DNA of 64,000 nucleotides from a virus (Duplodnaviria; Caudoviricetes): IMG/VR virus record IMGVR_UViG_3300032328_000860, positions 32,001 to 96,000 of that record; one strand, 5' to 3'. Shown piece by piece: positions 60,651 to 64,000 of this stretch (position 1 is its first letter; each line of letters starts with the position of its first letter). The notes under the pieces were generated by a model. It saw only the letters and a program-made list of their open reading frames with translations, ran no database searches and was not told where the DNA came from. The position numbers and the translations under genes were made by a program.

Positions 60651-60689
60651 AGCTCCCATATTATGGATTGTATAGAGTATACTACACCA
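60651..60689 (-). promoter_or_regulatory. Putative phage promoter/leader element, copy 2 (TGGTGTA-N8-TATA-N13-GGGAGCT)
   Basis: Intergenic, directly upstream of the tube gene cluster; matches 33793-33831 in layout. Confidence 0.55.
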
Positions 60690-60697
60690 AAAATTTT

Positions 60698-61444
60698 TTA
60701 ATAATGTAATAATGTATCAGATTCGGTGCGGATAGCATCCAAAAGATTATTGTTTATAGATTTAGCTACTGTATAATTTTGAACACTAATAGTTAAGCCA
60801 TATAAACTATCAAGATTTTGGATCATAGCAATGTGAGGCATTTGATGTAGTACTATCGATTCGTTAATTTTTAATAAGTCTGTATTTAAATGCTCGTAAT
60901 CCGAAGATTTATACACCAAAAGATATGAACATTGTGATTTAGATAAATTGGTGGATAGAACATGATCTATACCATCATTTAGACTCATATGCTCTAAAAA
61001 ATTATGGATTTTCCAGGTAGTGTTGGGTATTTTTGATGAGATATTATCGTGAATTGTATCTATAAATTGATTAGATTTATCTCTAAATAGCATAGATATA
61101 AATTTAGGATGAAAATTAGACTGTGACAAATGGTCAATAATTAGGTCAATACCCGGACCATCTGGTAGAAAATCGATAATTAAATAAATAGGCAGCTTAG
61201 CATTATTGTCTATTTTAGACAATAGATTAATTTTATCAAATTCTGTCTGATGTTTTTCATAAACTTCTTTGGAAAAACCAAATCTACACGCATAATTATG
61301 TATAATATTATAATTATTAGAGTCTAAAGTTACATCTTTATGATCTATAATTTTTTTAATAATATCTCTTTGACATCCAGAGATTTTTATATCCTCAACA
61401 ACCTTATTAGCGAACATACATTGTGAACAATTAGTATTAACCAT
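60698..61444 (-). CDS. Hypothetical protein with N-terminal Cys motif and possible degenerate GT-A-like fold
   Basis: CSQC...C...C N-terminus, then an alpha/beta pattern ('IYLIIDF', 'IDHVL...SYLLVY'). Confidence 0.4.
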   Translation of the reverse strand: MVNTNCSQCMFANKVVEDIKISGCQRDIIKKIIDHKDVTLDSNNYNIIHNYACRFGFSKEVYEKHQTEFDKINLLSKIDNNAKLPIYLIIDFLPDGPGIDLIIDHLSQSNFHPKFISMLFRDKSNQFIDTIHDNISSKIPNTTWKIHNFLEHMSLNDGIDHVLSTNLSKSQCSYLLVYKSSDYEHLNTDLLKINESIVLHQMPHIAMIQNLDSLYGLTISVQNYTVAKSINNNLLDAIRTESDTLLHY

Positions 61445-61454
61445 AACAATTTTC

Positions 61455-62393
61455 CTAGGGTAAAATTTCCATAGACCATCTTACAACACCATTATAAAGA
61501 GAAGAACTCAAAGTGTTAAGTTCTACTATAGTACTATTTTTAATAGTTACCCAATGGTTTTTATATAAATTAACGGCTGCTGGATAATTAATACCACTAG
61601 GATTTATCTCTCCAGAAAGTTTTAATTCGGTTTTATTCTCTTTAACCACTTGATTAGTATCATATAGCCAAAACGTATTATCTTTTTGTAATAATAATGT
61701 ATCTATAATTGAATTTCTTTGGCTGGCATTTTGAGTAAAAATATGTAGTAACAGATCTTGAATCACTATATTTTCAGTTGTGCCTAACTGATAAGGAGAT
61801 AATACTGTTCTAGGAATTAATTCTAATATAATAGCCGGAAGCTGTACCCTATGGTTGGATGCTATACTATAGTCGTTGGTTTGTTTAAAATTATCTGGAT
61901 TATATGTTTCTTTTTGTACTTCTTTCCACCAAGCAGCATCACTGGATTTGTATATCTGAATATACTTATGCGAATAAGACGCCACCACAGTGGACGTAGA
62001 AGCTACGTTAAAACTAAAATTGATTCTACCTAATGGATAATTAACACTATAACCATGATTACCACTTCCTGTAGGTGCTGGTAAAAATGTACTATTTAAG
62101 TAGACTCCAGAAAAAACAACAGGAGAATTAGTATTATAGTTTATGCCAGATTCATATACCCAATCTTTTCTAACAGCTTCCCATGTTCTACCAGATGGTA
62201 CAGAGGGGTTGTTTACCGGTTTTAATATAGAAAAATTACTACTTGTATTAATACCACTAGTAGGTATAGACACATTAACATAGCCTCCAATATTTAAAAA
62301 AGACCAATCTAGAAAACTTTTTATGTTGTCTTCGAGACTAGATACTCTGTCTTTAGAGCCTATACTAGATATGTGTTGAAATTGCGTACTCAT
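61455..62393 (-). CDS. Putative tail completion/terminator protein
   Basis: 'VQLPAIILE...PYQLG...QDLLLHIF...QRNSIIDTL' terminator-like pattern; 'YSVNYPLGRINF' insert; synteny. Confidence 0.55.
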   Translation of the reverse strand: MSTQFQHISSIGSKDRVSSLEDNIKSFLDWSFLNIGGYVNVSIPTSGINTSSNFSILKPVNNPSVPSGRTWEAVRKDWVYESGINYNTNSPVVFSGVYLNSTFLPAPTGSGNHGYSVNYPLGRINFSFNVASTSTVVASYSHKYIQIYKSSDAAWWKEVQKETYNPDNFKQTNDYSIASNHRVQLPAIILELIPRTVLSPYQLGTTENIVIQDLLLHIFTQNASQRNSIIDTLLLQKDNTFWLYDTNQVVKENKTELKLSGEINPSGINYPAAVNLYKNHWVTIKNSTIVELNTLSSSLYNGVVRWSMEILP

Positions 62394-63031
62394 AAATATT
62401 TCTCAATAGTATTTTGTATTAAATTATATACGGACTTATCAATAGTAGATATTGCTCTAGTAGTCCAGTTATCGTTTTGTGATCCAGCAAATTCTGGTGG
62501 TACTCGCCAACTATCTTTAGATGGCACCATAATAGCCATTCCGGACCTAGAATACGGAGACGGGCCATATTTAACTGAATAATTTTTGACTATCGGAGTA
62601 TTGCTTTGTAATAATAACCATTCTAGCCAAGGCAAAGAATATCCTTTAGAATCTGATACTGAACTTATACTAGAATATAGTACTCCTCCAAGATCATCAG
62701 ATTTCATCATATTCATAATAAATCCTCCTTTAATGCCTGTGCTACTGGATGTCAAGGGTTGTTTATTTACTTGTAAAGTATCGACTAAAGCATCTACAAC
62801 AAGATTTATTACAGACGAATCAGGAATACCTAGTTCTGCTCTTAATTTTCCACTAACCAAAGAAGCATACTCTGGTTCCTGCTTTAAAGCTTCTCGAACT
62901 ATAGTCTTGATACCTTCATTAATAGGAGATAAACTTTTATCAATAGTAATACTAAGTTTGTCTATAATAGTTTTAAATATCATAGATTTAATTTGATCAT
63001 CAGACTCTAATAAATTAATACTAAATTTCAT
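62390..63031 (-). CDS. Putative neck/tail-completion protein
   Basis: Start re-assigned to ATG 63031 (ATGA overlap). 'SGKLRAEL...WLEWL...GSQNDNWTTRAI' resembles the HK97 gp10-like pattern; synteny. Confidence 0.45.
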   Translation of the reverse strand: MKFSINLLESDDQIKSMIFKTIIDKLSITIDKSLSPINEGIKTIVREALKQEPEYASLVSGKLRAELGIPDSSVINLVVDALVDTLQVNKQPLTSSSTGIKGGFIMNMMKSDDLGGVLYSSISSVSDSKGYSLPWLEWLLLQSNTPIVKNYSVKYGPSPYSRSGMAIMVPSKDSWRVPPEFAGSQNDNWTTRAISTIDKSVYNLIQNTIEKYL

Positions 63032-63564
63032 TTTCTTTTCCACATAGTAATAATATAGCTATTATTTCCAAAACCAACTGGTTCGGGATCTCCAGCTTTT
63101 TCATAAATATAATTGCCACTATCTATAAGAGATGTATCTATAACCATATCAGTAGCGGCTCTAATCTTTGACAATAGTTCTATTCTACAAAGAGTTTGTA
63201 CCATTCCATTCGGTATATTGAGATTAATGTTAGCCCCTTTGTTTATCCAATATTTACTATCAAAAATACAAGCTAAATAAACATTGTCTTCTATATAGTC
63301 TATATTATATGATCCCATACCCATACATACAGGACATATAGAACCTTCTGCAAATGGGTTGGGGCCGGTACCATTATATATGTTTGCAGACAATCTTGAT
63401 ATAGAATCAAATACGCAATTATTGCATAAAGACGTATTAAACTGATTAGAATATCTTAGTTTGCATCTTCTAGTGAGAGCAGAATCCTTAAGCAATGCAT
63501 CAATAGCATTATTAAAAATTTGTTTAAATTCAGAAGTAATGATATTATTAAATTGATTATTCAT
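63028..63564 (-). CDS. Putative head closure/stopper protein with Zn-binding insert
   Basis: CNNC...CPVCMGMG insert; C-terminal 'PEPVGFGNNSYIITMWKR'; first of the neck-like genes. Confidence 0.5.
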   Translation of the reverse strand: MNNQFNNIITSEFKQIFNNAIDALLKDSALTRRCKLRYSNQFNTSLCNNCVFDSISRLSANIYNGTGPNPFAEGSICPVCMGMGSYNIDYIEDNVYLACIFDSKYWINKGANINLNIPNGMVQTLCRIELLSKIRAATDMVIDTSLIDSGNYIYEKAGDPEPVGFGNNSYIITMWKRK

Positions 63565-63751
63565 TGATAGTCACTATTTCAGAACTAAATTCTGGAGAGA
63601 CAATACTATCAGTATATGTGATGGAATAATTATTAATATATTCTGTATTTTTAATTGTAATAATTTTAGATACGGTGTTATTTTCTAACAATTCTTTCAT
63701 TTGTAATTTAATATCTAATAAATATTTGTTAATAATAGATGTAAAAATCAT
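63557..63751 (-). CDS. Hypothetical protein (64 aa)
   Basis: Start re-assigned to ATG 63751 (ATGA overlap with the upstream stop). Confidence 0.5.
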   Translation of the reverse strand: MIFTSIINKYLLDIKLQMKELLENNTVSKIITIKNTEYINNYSITYTDSIVSPEFSSEIVTINE

Positions 63752-64000
63752 AGGTCTTCTGCTGGTGAGTGTGTGATTATTAGCTTCCAAGAATCTAGCA
63801 ATCCAGATCCTACTGGATCAGTATCCTTAACTATCAAACTCCATGTTCCAGTAACCGATGCTCCAAATAAATGGTCAAAACTAGATAATAGTGTTTCATT
63901 AGAAAAATTAATATTAGATTTTTTATCATAAATATTAATTAATCCACCATTGGTAGTATTATATAAATAATCTGTAGTATTTGCTTTATTGGAAAACATA
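63748..64000 (-). CDS. Proprotein-convertase P-domain-containing protein (C-terminal part, truncated by the window)
   Basis: 'SSFDHLFGASVTGTWSLIVKDTDPVGSGLLDSWKLII' matches the P-domain C-terminal consensus (L..F.G....G.W.L.V.D....D.G.L..W.L). Confidence 0.75.
   Translation of the reverse strand, partial: MFSNKANTTDYLYNTTNGGLINIYDKKSNINFSNETLLSSFDHLFGASVTGTWSLIVKDTDPVGSGLLDSWKLIITHSPAEDL

Noticed and set aside
6835-62996. Numerous short + strand ORFs and nested minus ORFs inside the structural genes
   Set aside because: Fully overlapped by long coherent minus-strand genes, mostly with non-ATG starts and no recognisable motifs.
1-64000. Stop-codon reassignment, tRNA/rRNA genes, tail sheath gene
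   Set aside because: Long genes are intact in the standard code and TAA, TAG and TGA all serve as stops; intergenic gaps are short with no cloverleaf noticed; no sheath-like ORF was recognised.

Overview
AT-rich, densely coding segment of a large tailed dsDNA phage (Caudoviricetes); genes read through intact in the standard code. 1-5703 (+) is an operon of glycosyltransferase-like, methyltransferase-like and nucleotidyltransferase genes, a Vsr/DUF559-type endonuclease, a Rad52-like annealing protein and a Zn-ribbon protein. It converges on a ~58 kb minus-strand virion morphogenesis region: head-tail joining genes, three tandem paralogous putative tail-tube genes, chaperone-like genes, a 4355-aa tape measure protein (TMP), fibre/adhesin genes and three large tail-tip/baseplate-like genes. 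No sheath gene was recognised. The main candidate novel system is the TMP. About 2500 of its residues form two cassette arrays delimited by repeated [FYL]-[ASG]-x-G-G motifs and 'DTVPAMLxxGE' modules. They hold an ADP-ribosyltransferase-like domain, a probably permuted HAD-like domain, possible nuclease folds, a J-domain-like segment with HSD and an EF-hand, which suggests an injected effector polyprotein. Also notable: three circularly permuted FGE/C-type-lectin domains, a Cys-rich 'NWP' repeat family, a shared 39-nt promoter-like element and a terminator directly before the TMP. All domain calls come from motif recognition by eye; no searches were run.
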